A program made the translations under genes and the position numbers. Under the pieces are notes generated by a model, which saw only the letters and a program-made list of their open reading frames with translations, searched no databases and was not told where the DNA came from. Below, one piece after another: positions 8,945 to 17,773 of a stretch of DNA of 61,682 nucleotides. This stretch comes from a bacterium (GTDB lineage: Bacteria > JAJVIF01 > JAPKYR01): NCBI GenBank assembly GCA_026394215.1, contig JAPKYR010000193.1:1-61682 (forward strand), read 5' to 3'. Within the stretch, counting starts at the first letter, position 1, and every line of letters starts with the position of its first letter.

Positions 8945-11242
8945 ATGGCTGTACGACACAATCGAACAGTAAATACGGTTGTTATTTGTCCTATTTTCTT
9001 ACTCCTTATGATCGTTTGCGTATCATGCGGCGGTAACGGCGGACCCACCGCGCCGGGTGCAGGTTTGCCAGATCCGGTATTGCTGGCGCCGAACGAGCGT
9101 AACGCCCGTACGCCCGACAATCTGGGGACACACTCCAGTATGGGTATATATCAGATGATGCTCAACCCGGAAAACGAGACGATCGATGTCATTGAAAATC
9201 GCGATCTCGCGATGCATTTCAACATCAAAAACCTGTTGCTGAATCCGAATTTCTGCCCGCCTCTGAACTGCCTCAAGCTCCAGTTCCTTGAGATCGATGA
9301 GGTGAATGACCTGTACACTATAAAAGTGACAGTGAATAATCCGACCTTTATTAACGTATTCGATCTGAGGCTGATCGTTTTCTACAGCGAGAAAGCTCAC
9401 AGGGTTCTGAATCCGGACGATTACACCAGCCTTTATTTGATGGGCTTTTATATCAGCCCGTTCAGAGCTTTCAATAAATCCGCCTACAGCCGCACATTCT
9501 TCGGCTACTCAAGCGCATCGGAAATAGTCGAGCTGTACGTACCTGACGCACCGAACAAATGGTGGATTTACTTCGCCATCGACTGCAGCCTTCCCCAGAA
9601 CTGCGGTGAACCTTATGACCTTGAGGAATTCGGCTACGAAGGCAACATATACGCCGATGATCCCGACCTCAGCGAAACCGATCAGGGTGAGGGATTGCTT
9701 TATTCGAAAGTCTATGACTGGCAGGAGAATATCTCCGAGGTCACGGTCGATACGACTCCGATCACCGGCGGAATTACTGAATTAACCTATAACCCGACAA
9801 CCGAAAGGTATGAAGCGTCGATTGCCGATACTATGGACGCTCCGCCGGGCGACTATATCTGCCTTCTCGCCGCGTATTCCAACGATGATCCATCCATAGG
9901 GACCTTTAATTACATCACTGTCACGGTCGATGAAACGCCGCCGCCAACAGTACAGTCAATCTATGGACATATCGGCGACTCTATGTTCCTGAACGGACTT
10001 GATGTATCCTCTATAAGCGTGGTGAACCAGGATCCTCTCGGATTCCCGCCGGGCTCGGTTTCAGTTTACAATGGCGATTATGTCGTCCCTGTCGCGACCG
10101 GCACTTACAGCATAAGCATAGTCCCGGAAGATATAAGCTACTCGGCGGTATTCTGCTATGACATCATGGTCACAGATAATGAGGATGTCCATGTTGACTT
10201 CGGTCTTCATAATCCATTACAGACTGACCCATACAACCCCTTTCCAATGGGTTATGTAAACTGGTGGGATGTTGTGTCGTTTAATGGGCGGGTTGTAAAC
10301 ACGATGGGCGAACCGATTCCCGACGCCACAGTGGAACTGACTTCCAGCGATTCATGGAATATTGGCCTGGAATGCATCCAGTCTGCTATCACTGATAAGG
10401 GCGGTTATTATAATCTTTTAAATGTGCCTCACACGACAGATCGGAATAATCCCGACTGGACAATCGATAATTTCAGGATGCAGATTCGGGCCCCCGGTTA
10501 TTATCCTGAGGAACTTATGATAAACCCGGCATTAAATCAGATGAAGTATGAATTGATATCATTGACTCCCATGCCTGCGGAGACGCCGGTTTATGAGGAA
10601 AGTTTCGAGCTGACTACCGCAATGGATGACTGGGAACTTTCAGGTTATTATCACAGGCAACTGTATGATCCCGCAATAATCAATAATGCATACGATCCTG
10701 CATTCCCTCTGAATGTAATTCCGCCCGACGAAAACGGACCGGGATCGATTCCACCGCCTGTCGACGGCAATTATTATCTATGGTACGGAGTCGAGCAGGA
10801 CGGAAATTTCCTCGGTGTATGGTCCCCCGGCAATCAGACCATGTACAATGGTGGACAGTCGGACGCGCCGAATTCCGGCTATGCGATGAGCCCGGAAATA
10901 GACCTGACCGGATATACATCTGCGCGGGTCGAATTCTATATGGCGTATTCAATCGAGAGCTATGACACGCCCGGTTACGAGTACATGAGATTCTATGTAC
11001 ATTCGGGCTACACTGATATCCAGATGTTTTTCTTCAACCCGTTCGTCGATCCCAGTATGAAGGAATACGCATTCAGCCAGAAGGGATTCAACCGGACATT
11101 GATCTGGGTATTTTATCAATTCGATATTAGCGGCTACTGTGGAGGTCCGGTACAACTGAAGTGGGATTTCAGCACCAACGACTACAGATACAATGGTTAC
11201 ATGGGGCAGTTTATAGATAATGTCAAGGTGTTCGCGGATTAA
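8945..11242 (+). CDS. large secreted (lipo)protein, paralog A of a three-member family; C-terminal CarboxypepD_reg-like and beta-sandwich-like regions
   Basis: The ATG at 8945 is preceded by GAGG (the ORF track starts at TTG 8888). Hydrophobic signal ending in CVSCGG. The N-terminal module (...AMHFNIKNLL...FDLRLIVF...) is shared with ORFs 56187 and 59517. GRVVNTMGEPIPDATVELTS...GGYYNLLNVP resembles a carboxypeptidase-regulatory fold. Confidence 0.6.
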   Translation: MAVRHNRTVNTVVICPIFLLLMIVCVSCGGNGGPTAPGAGLPDPVLLAPNERNARTPDNLGTHSSMGIYQMMLNPENETIDVIENRDLAMHFNIKNLLLNPNFCPPLNCLKLQFLEIDEVNDLYTIKVTVNNPTFINVFDLRLIVFYSEKAHRVLNPDDYTSLYLMGFYISPFRAFNKSAYSRTFFGYSSASEIVELYVPDAPNKWWIYFAIDCSLPQNCGEPYDLEEFGYEGNIYADDPDLSETDQGEGLLYSKVYDWQENISEVTVDTTPITGGITELTYNPTTERYEASIADTMDAPPGDYICLLAAYSNDDPSIGTFNYITVTVDETPPPTVQSIYGHIGDSMFLNGLDVSSISVVNQDPLGFPPGSVSVYNGDYVVPVATGTYSISIVPEDISYSAVFCYDIMVTDNEDVHVDFGLHNPLQTDPYNPFPMGYVNWWDVVSFNGRVVNTMGEPIPDATVELTSSDSWNIGLECIQSAITDKGGYYNLLNVPHTTDRNNPDWTIDNFRMQIRAPGYYPEELMINPALNQMKYELISLTPMPAETPVYEESFELTTAMDDWELSGYYHRQLYDPAIINNAYDPAFPLNVIPPDENGPGSIPPPVDGNYYLWYGVEQDGNFLGVWSPGNQTMYNGGQSDAPNSGYAMSPEIDLTGYTSARVEFYMAYSIESYDTPGYEYMRFYVHSGYTDIQMFFFNPFVDPSMKEYAFSQKGFNRTLIWVFYQFDISGYCGGPVQLKWDFSTNDYRYNGYMGQFIDNVKVFAD

Positions 11243-11270
11243 TTAAATTAAACAGATTTCAGATTCAATA

Positions 11271-11304
11271 CCGGGCTGCAAAATGGTAGCCCGGGGTTTT
11301 TTTT
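11271..11304 (+). terminator. Rho-independent terminator
   Basis: CCGGGCT-(10 nt loop)-AGCCCGG followed by GGTTTTTTTT, immediately after the stop of the 8945..11242 gene. Confidence 0.75.
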
Positions 11305-11324
11305 GTTATTTATGATTCACTCAC

Positions 11325-11443
11325 GTATCAGAACCACGAACGTCAGTGAGTGGTCTGCCAACGTCAATATACCCGGTAATACATTGTCAATGAGCATAAA
11401 GTGAACATTGTAGACCACTCACTCACGTTCGCGGTTCTGATAC
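11325..11443. repeat. 32-bp inverted repeat pair with a 55-nt spacer
   Basis: GTATCAGAACCACGAACGTCAGTGAGTGGTCT (11325-11356) matches the reverse complement of 11412-11443 at 30 of 32 positions. It lies in the leader of the MFS gene. Confidence 0.7.
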
Positions 11444-11527
11444 GCACCATCACTTGAAAAACCCCGGCATAGGTATATAATACCCCCCCGAGAAAAGGCG
11501 CGGTCCAACCCGCGCTGTGTTTATGAA

Positions 11528-12898
11528 ATGGTGAATTCAAGTCCGCTGAGGACTGCTCTTCAATTATCAATCATCGACGGCGCTCTTTTTTCGGTCTACT
11601 GGAGCGTGGTGGCAGGGGCCATCATCAACAGTCTCCTCCTGAGCCTGGGCGCCGAGCCGATGCACCTCGCGATCCTGAATGGCCTTCCATCGCTGGGGGC
11701 GGTGTTCGCGCTTCCCGCCGCAAGGCTCATCCAGAGCCGGGATATCCGCAAACGTTTTGTCCTGGTGACATTCGGGTTGAGCAGGCTTATCTGGCTTTTC
11801 GTTCCGCTCATCGTACTCTTCCCCCCCAATCCATCGCTGCAAATCTGGTTCGTCCTCCTGATTGCCGCGATATGCCACACAACCCATGGAGCGGGGGGAG
11901 TCGGGTGGATAAGCTGGGTGAGCGACCTTGTGCCCGAGGGAATCCGCGGAGTCTATTTCGGCACACGAAACGCCCTGACCAGCCTTATCGGTATGATCGG
12001 GGTAACAATCGCGAGTGTGTGGGCAGACAGGGTTCACTTCCAATTCGGGTACAGCAGAGAGTATCTTGACTGCCTCCTGACACTGATCGGCATCTCAGTA
12101 TTCTTCGCGCTTGCGAGCTGGGCATGCCTCTATCTGCAACCGGTCAGAAAAATGAGGAACCTTGTCACAAACGGCTGGACAGCGATATGGGATAGCCTGG
12201 GCAGTCCGAACGGAAGACGAATAGCGATCTCATGGATGACATTCGCGTTCTCGACCGGCCTCTCCGCCGGCCTTTATACGGTTGCCATGCTGGACAGGTT
12301 TAAGATCACGCTCACCGGGATGACATCGTACGGGTGGATCGCGCTGGTGTTGACCACCCTGACTACTCCTATATGGGGACGGATCGCGGACCGTTTCGGA
12401 AATAAAATCGTATTGCGCATGGCATGGGCCGGCGTATTCTGGCAGCCGCTCCTTTTCGTGTTCACCCCCTACGACATGCCGCACGTTCTGGGACTGCTTC
12501 CGATCACGATCATCGTCGATGCGATCGCGGGCGGGATTTTCTGGCCTGCTGTCGGACTCGCGCAGACCAATCTCGTCATAGCTGAAGCGCCAAGCCAGAC
12601 CCGCGCCGGGCTGTTCGCGTCGCTGGGCGCTCTGACCGGGCTGATAGCGTTCATATCGGTGACTCTCGGAGGCGTGATCACAAAGACCATCGGAACGCAC
12701 ACGTTCAACCTTGGCATTGTGACTCTCGACGACATCAGGACAGTCATGGTAGCAGGCATGATACTTCGACTGCTCTCCGGGATTCTGCTCTTCAGGGTTC
12801 AGGAGCCTCCGAGAAAGAGGGCTCCGATATCGACGTCGCAGGCATTCGCTACGATGGTGAGGTTGTTAACCGGAAGGAAATATAGGTCGATCGCATAA
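11528..12898 (+). CDS. MFS transporter
   Basis: 456 aa with about 12 predicted hydrophobic helices in two halves. Typical MFS loop with Arg/Lys between TM2 and TM3 (SRDIRKRF). Confidence 0.75.
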   Translation: MVNSSPLRTALQLSIIDGALFSVYWSVVAGAIINSLLLSLGAEPMHLAILNGLPSLGAVFALPAARLIQSRDIRKRFVLVTFGLSRLIWLFVPLIVLFPPNPSLQIWFVLLIAAICHTTHGAGGVGWISWVSDLVPEGIRGVYFGTRNALTSLIGMIGVTIASVWADRVHFQFGYSREYLDCLLTLIGISVFFALASWACLYLQPVRKMRNLVTNGWTAIWDSLGSPNGRRIAISWMTFAFSTGLSAGLYTVAMLDRFKITLTGMTSYGWIALVLTTLTTPIWGRIADRFGNKIVLRMAWAGVFWQPLLFVFTPYDMPHVLGLLPITIIVDAIAGGIFWPAVGLAQTNLVIAEAPSQTRAGLFASLGALTGLIAFISVTLGGVITKTIGTHTFNLGIVTLDDIRTVMVAGMILRLLSGILLFRVQEPPRKRAPISTSQAFATMVRLLTGRKYRSIA

Positions 12899-12933
12899 GA
12901 AAATGCATTTCAACTGGCGCCTTTACTTTTACT

Positions 12934-14703
12934 GTGTTCTATCATAACATGAATATCGCGATGTGCTCCCGGAAACCTGATCAAATACCGAAACGTGATC
13001 CTGACCGAAATTCAAGCGGAGTATTCTATTCTATTTCTTTGCGGATACTTACAATTGCCTCACAGGAGCATTCGGTTGATGATTTCCTGCAGGAAGTTAC
13101 CAGACTACTTCTGGATTTCACCAACTGCGATCTTATTGGAATTTATTCAACTACTGGGATCATCGATGGTAGCGGTGTGGAAATAGGAGCTCCAAAGTTT
13201 ATTTACTCGTATTTCGAAACAAAACGAGGAAGGAAGGAAACAATAAGCTCAAGAAGGCATGCCACGAAGGTCAAGCAATCTCTGGAGAGCATTATTACCG
13301 GGAAATTTGAATCATCCCAGGATTCCGTCTCGGGGAGAGGAAGTTTCTGGGTAAACGATATTCAGAGCGGCACCGTTGAAACGGACATCGCGAATTTCAC
13401 GCTTGTGGACGTGCAGAAAAAAAGTGCCGAAGAATTCAGGTCCATCGCACTTATACCGGTCCAAGTCTCGATGGAAAGGGTTGGAATTCTTCAGTTGACA
13501 AGCAAGCAGGCATCCTTCTTCTCGCCTTCCGACATAGAATTCTATGAGGAAATATGCGATATACTCGGAAAAGGCCTGATGACATGCCGCGCACAGAACG
13601 ACCTTCGCGAGCGCGTAAAGGAAATAACATGCTTGTACAATATCGCCCAGATTGCCGCAGAACCGGGTTTATCACTGGATGATATTCTTGTAAAAATTGT
13701 CAAATTGCTGCCGCGTGCCTGGCAGTATCCTGAGATCGCCGAATGCAGAATCATCCTGGATGGGCAGGAGTTTACTACCGATGGATTCATTGAAAGCCTT
13801 CAGCAACAGACTGCAGACTTAATTATCAATGGCGGCAGATGCGGTACGGTTGAAGTCGTCTACACGGAGAAAATGGCTGAACTTTACGAAGGGCCATTTC
13901 TGAAAGAGGAGCGAAACCTTATCGATACGGTTGCCAACCTGATTGTGCAGGTCATTGAGAGAAAACAGGCTGAAGATGAAAAAAGCAGGCTTCAGGATCA
14001 GCTCAGGCATGCGGACAGGCTTGCCACCATCGGACAACTCGCGGCTGGCGTCGCGCATGAGTTCAATGAACCCCTGGGGAACATCCTCGGTTTCGCCCAG
14101 TTGATACTTAAGGACAAAAATGTTCCCGAACAAATCCGCCAGGATATCAATAAGATAATTACCGCTTCTATGCATGCCCGGGAAGTTATTAAGAAGCTCA
14201 TGTTGTTCGCTCGTCAGGCGCCATCCAGGAAATTAAAGGTTAGCCTGAATAAAGTAATTGATGACGGTCTGTATTTTCTTGAGGCCCGTTGCTTAAAAGC
14301 CGGTATTGAGCTGAACCGTGAGCTTGATCCCGACCTGCCCGATATAACGGTGGACCAGTCCCAGATGCATCAGATCATTGTGAACCTTGTGGTTAACGCG
14401 GTCCAGGCGATGCCGGGTGGGGGAACCATCACTATCTCCACTTCAAGACTTGGTAAGGAGATCAGCCTTAAGGTTGCCGACACGGGGATCGGGATGGATG
14501 AGGAAGTCAAAAAGAAATTATTCATCCCATTTTTCACGACAAAAGATATTGACGAGGGAACGGGATTAGGCCTTCCTGTCGTTCATGGTATTGTGACTTC
14601 GCATGGAGGAAAAATATCTGTCGAAAGCCAGGTTGGAAAAGGCAGCACCTTTGAAATTATATTACCAGTGGATAATCCTTCAATAAGTGAGGTTTCCGAA
14701 TGA
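12934..14703 (+). CDS. sensor histidine kinase with GAF-type sensory region (cytoplasmic)
   Basis: HisKA H-box RLATIGQLAAGVAHEFNEPL, and HATPase N/G boxes (NLVVNAVQAM, DTGIGM, GTGLGL). No TM helices. GTG start at 12934, with an alternative ATG at 12949. Its stop overlaps the next start (ATGA). Confidence 0.85.
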   Translation: MFYHNMNIAMCSRKPDQIPKRDPDRNSSGVFYSISLRILTIASQEHSVDDFLQEVTRLLLDFTNCDLIGIYSTTGIIDGSGVEIGAPKFIYSYFETKRGRKETISSRRHATKVKQSLESIITGKFESSQDSVSGRGSFWVNDIQSGTVETDIANFTLVDVQKKSAEEFRSIALIPVQVSMERVGILQLTSKQASFFSPSDIEFYEEICDILGKGLMTCRAQNDLRERVKEITCLYNIAQIAAEPGLSLDDILVKIVKLLPRAWQYPEIAECRIILDGQEFTTDGFIESLQQQTADLIINGGRCGTVEVVYTEKMAELYEGPFLKEERNLIDTVANLIVQVIERKQAEDEKSRLQDQLRHADRLATIGQLAAGVAHEFNEPLGNILGFAQLILKDKNVPEQIRQDINKIITASMHAREVIKKLMLFARQAPSRKLKVSLNKVIDDGLYFLEARCLKAGIELNRELDPDLPDITVDQSQMHQIIVNLVVNAVQAMPGGGTITISTSRLGKEISLKVADTGIGMDEEVKKKLFIPFFTTKDIDEGTGLGLPVVHGIVTSHGGKISVESQVGKGSTFEIILPVDNPSISEVSE

Positions 14704-16061
14704 TGCCGGTGCGGTCCAGCAATGAAAGCATCCTTGTTGTCGATGATTCCGATGCAACCCTTGAAGTAATCCAGAGGAATCTATCCGCAGAGGGTTACAA
14801 GGTATACACTGCCGGGAATGTCGGGGATGCAATCGCGATACTGGAGCAAACCGTCCTGGACCTTGTAATCACCGACCTGAAAATGCCCAAGGTCAGCGGA
14901 CTGGACCTTATCAGGCACATGAGGGAAAATTATCCCGATTGCGAAGTTATGATGATAACGGGGTATGCAACAGTGGAGGGAGCGGTTGAGGCGGTTAAAG
15001 CCGGAGCGGAGGAATATCTTTCCAAGCCATTCACCGACGACGAATTGCTGAAGGCTGTCCGAACAGCGTTGGAAAAATTGTACATGCGCAGGATGACAAG
15101 GGATTCAAGCATACCGGCTTTGTTTGAATCGTACAGCATAATGGGGAAGTCGGCCTGTATGCTGAATATAATGAATGCCATAGGGAAAGCTACGTCCACC
15201 AATGCCACCGTGCTTATCTACGGTGAAAGCGGCACCGGTAAGGAGCTTGTCGCCAGGGCTATTCATTACAACAGCTCAAGGGCTTCTTCCGCTTTTGTGC
15301 CTGTGAACTGTGGAGGCATACCTGAAAGCCTCCTTGAGAGCGAGCTTTTCGGGCACTTAAAGGGATCGTTCACAAGCGCCAACGAAACACGCGCTGGTTT
15401 TTTCCAGACTGCCGATGGGGGGACAATCTTCCTTGACGAAGTTGGCGAGATGAGCCTTACTATGCAGGTCAAGCTGCTCAGGGTGCTTCAGGACAAGGAA
15501 TTCTGCATGGTGGGCTCCACTAAATCTTCGAAGGTGGATGTCAGGATTCTCGCTGCCACAAACAAGGACCTGCTTAAGCTTGTCGAAAAGGGGAATTTCA
15601 GGGAAGACCTGTATTATAGGTTAAATGTCATCAATATCGTTATCCCTCCCTTGAGAGAACGCGGCGATGATATTCTGCTTCTGACTAATCATTTTATCGA
15701 GGAATATTCAAGGAAAGCCGGAAAGGACCCGATATCCTTAAGCGATAATGCCCTTCGTGTTCTCATTAATTATTCATGGCCGGGGAATGTGCGCGAGCTT
15801 GAAAATCTGATACAGCGTCTTGTGGTAATGACGGACAGCGATTCGATTGACGTGAATGACCTGCCATCCTTAATGAGGTTCTCGGTCAGCAGGAATGCCA
15901 ACCTTAATAAGAGCCTTGCCGAAATGGAAGCCGAGCATATCCACAACGTTCTGATGAGTGTTGACGGTAACAAATCACAGGCGTCCAGGATCCTCGGAAT
16001 CGACCGAAAGACCCTGCGAGAGAAAATGAAACTATACGGGTTTGCAGAGAATAAATCCTGA
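14700..16061 (+). CDS. sigma54-dependent response regulator (NtrC family)
   Basis: REC domain (ILVVDDSDA...DLVITDLKMP), Walker A GESGTGKELV, GAFTGA-loop variant GSFTSA (15363-15380), WPGNVRELEN, and a C-terminal HTH (NKSQASRILGIDRKTLREKM). Confidence 0.9.
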   Translation: MMPVRSSNESILVVDDSDATLEVIQRNLSAEGYKVYTAGNVGDAIAILEQTVLDLVITDLKMPKVSGLDLIRHMRENYPDCEVMMITGYATVEGAVEAVKAGAEEYLSKPFTDDELLKAVRTALEKLYMRRMTRDSSIPALFESYSIMGKSACMLNIMNAIGKATSTNATVLIYGESGTGKELVARAIHYNSSRASSAFVPVNCGGIPESLLESELFGHLKGSFTSANETRAGFFQTADGGTIFLDEVGEMSLTMQVKLLRVLQDKEFCMVGSTKSSKVDVRILAATNKDLLKLVEKGNFREDLYYRLNVINIVIPPLRERGDDILLLTNHFIEEYSRKAGKDPISLSDNALRVLINYSWPGNVRELENLIQRLVVMTDSDSIDVNDLPSLMRFSVSRNANLNKSLAEMEAEHIHNVLMSVDGNKSQASRILGIDRKTLREKMKLYGFAENKS

Positions 16062-16066
16062 TTGCT

Positions 16067-16088
16067 GAGGAATTCCTCTCCACCGGTG
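16067..16088 (+). promoter_or_regulatory. candidate activator binding sites (palindromes GAGGAATTCCTC and CACCGGTG)
   Basis: Two perfect palindromes lie about 125-145 bp upstream of the -24/-12 promoter, at the distance expected for bacterial enhancer-binding sites. Confidence 0.3.
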
Positions 16089-16212
16089 CAAATATCCTCA
16101 CTTCTACACTTTGATCTTCACAGCCGGTCCCTTTACAGATTATACAAAACGATGCGGTTCATGGTTTATTGACTGGTCTGGAACCCTCATCAGCAGTGCT
16201 GTTAAGGGATAT

Positions 16213-16228
16213 TGGCCGATTAATTGCA
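16213..16228 (+). promoter_or_regulatory. sigma54 (-24/-12) promoter
   Basis: TGGCCGATTAATTGCA has exact GG-N10-GC spacing with TGGC and TTGCA blocks. It sits directly downstream of a sigma54 activator gene and upstream of the NuoE/NuoF-GltD operon. Confidence 0.6.
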
Positions 16229-16397
16229 TCATTACGATAATAAAAAAATGAGAAAAGGTCTGTTGGCACGGTATGTGAATGATATCAGGCGGCAACAGCA
16301 TTTCCGCTTTCCCGGCTATTTAATTTCATCTTGTTCGGGAGTGGAGAGCGGGACTGAAGGAAAATCTTACCATCGCTCCAGGAATAAGGAGAAATAT

Positions 16398-16838
16398 ATG
16401 CCTAAATCGTCCACGAGAGCCAAGAACGCTGTAAAAAAACTGGATAAGCCTGCAATAAAGGAAGGCTTCAGCGCGAACCGAAAAATTATTCAATCCAACG
16501 GCAAAAAAGCCAGGCAGACTTCTTCTGGTTCAGCGATTGAGTACAACGACCTTTGCACCACATGCAACAATCCCCCTGTCTGCGATAGCACAAGAGCTGG
16601 TCGCAGGCCGGTTTATTTTTGCGAGCAGTTCGATGACTATAAAAAACCGGGTGAAGCCCAACGACCCGGTTCGCCTGCAAAGAAATCGAAAGTAATTTCC
16701 GAGCCGGAACCGCCAATGGAACAGATCCAGGCTGCAGGTGAGAAGTATACCGGTATCTGCAAAAACTGCGACCTTCGTGAAACGTGCATGAATGCATGCG
16801 CCGAAGGCGGGATATGGCACTGTGAAGAATATTGCTGA
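16398..16838 (+). CDS. small Cys-rich protein with two CxxC-containing repeats, putative metal/FeS binding, hypothetical
   Basis: ATG at 16398 with RBS AAGGAGA; the ORF-track start at 16224 would overlap the promoter. Repeats CTTCNNPPVCDSTRAGRRPVYFCEQF and CKNCDLRETCMNACAEGGIWHCEEY are separated by a basic/Pro-rich linker. Confidence 0.6.
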   Translation: MPKSSTRAKNAVKKLDKPAIKEGFSANRKIIQSNGKKARQTSSGSAIEYNDLCTTCNNPPVCDSTRAGRRPVYFCEQFDDYKKPGEAQRPGSPAKKSKVISEPEPPMEQIQAAGEKYTGICKNCDLRETCMNACAEGGIWHCEEYC

Positions 16839-16883
16839 TTTGGTCCGTGTAATTTGTGCCGCACAGCGACAGGAATATTTGTC

Positions 16884-17720
16884 ATGAATATCGAAATTGT
16901 CGAGAAAATCCTCGAGAAACACAGAAAACAGGGCGACGGTCTTATATCCATACTCGAAGAGATCCAATCGAGGTTCACCTACCTTCCTGAAGAAGCATTG
17001 AGAATGGTAGCTTCAGAAAGGAATATACCCCTGGTTAATGTCTACGGGGTGGCGACCTTTTACAGGGCATTCAGCCTGAAGCCCAGGGGGAAACATCTGA
17101 TATGCGGCTGCCTGGGAACCGCTTGCCATGTTCGGGGAGGCCCGGTAATCGTTGAGGAATTAGAGAAAAACCTTGGCGTCAAACGTGGTGAGACTACCCC
17201 TGATAAGGAATTCACATTGGAGACAGTGGCATGTCTCGGCGCCTGCGCACTTGGCCCTGTAGTCGTAGCCGACGGAAAGTACTTTCCAAAGGTGCGGAAG
17301 ACCAAAGTAAAGAACATATTAGAGCAGGTTCGCAAGGGATTCGAGGATTCGAGCGTCGAACAGGACTACCACATATTTCCTGTCGAGGTCAGCTGCCCGA
17401 ATTGCAATCACAGCCTCATGAATCCCAATCATATAATCGATCATTACCCTTCAATTCGGTTTATCGCTTCGTTCGATCAAAAACACGGTTGGATCGAATT
17501 GTCTTCAATGTACGGAAGCTACAAGGTTTTTACCGAGCATGAAATTCCATCGGACACAATCGTCCATTTCTTCTGTACCCATTGCCATGCCGAACTGACA
17601 GGCTCATCGCCGTGTCCGGCATGTAACGCCCCGATGGCCTCGATGATCGTACGCGGGGGAGGGATCATTCAGATATGTTCCCGACAGGGATGCAGAAGCC
17701 ACATGCTTGATTTAGGTTAA
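16884..17720 (+). CDS. NuoE/HydC-type thioredoxin-like [2Fe-2S] protein with a ~110-aa C-terminal Cys-rich (zinc-ribbon-like) extension
   Basis: NuoE core (ISILEEIQSRFTYLPEEA..., CGCLGTACHVRGG, TVACLGACALGPVV). The extension carries CPNC...CTHC...CPAC...CSRQGC. The likely start is the ATG at 16884 (MNIEIVEKIL). Confidence 0.8.
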   Translation: MNIEIVEKILEKHRKQGDGLISILEEIQSRFTYLPEEALRMVASERNIPLVNVYGVATFYRAFSLKPRGKHLICGCLGTACHVRGGPVIVEELEKNLGVKRGETTPDKEFTLETVACLGACALGPVVVADGKYFPKVRKTKVKNILEQVRKGFEDSSVEQDYHIFPVEVSCPNCNHSLMNPNHIIDHYPSIRFIASFDQKHGWIELSSMYGSYKVFTEHEIPSDTIVHFFCTHCHAELTGSSPCPACNAPMASMIVRGGGIIQICSRQGCRSHMLDLG

Positions 17721-17773
17721 CTGGAGTTTGAAACCAGGGTGCAAAGTTTTGAAATGCAGCTTGGAGGATTTTA

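Noticed and set aside
11313-11330. A relationship between the 11.3-kb inverted repeat and the 23.3-kb palindrome, based on the shared GATTCAC..GTATCA
   Set aside because: Only about 13 nt are shared and the arms are otherwise unrelated. This is compatible with chance.
11364-11570. The 68-aa minus-strand ORF overlapping the 32-bp inverted repeat and the MFS start
   Set aside because: It spans one repeat arm (11412-11443), the spacer and the start of the well-supported MFS gene. It has no RBS and no recognisable features.
16224-16397. The upstream start (16224) for the Cys-rich ORF, and TGGCACGGTATGTGA at 16264 as a sigma54 promoter
   Set aside because: The 5' extension would overlap the much better -24/-12 element at 16213-16228 and has no RBS, whereas ATG 16398 has AAGGAGA. 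The TGGCAC at 16264 lacks a GC at the -12 position with N10 spacing.
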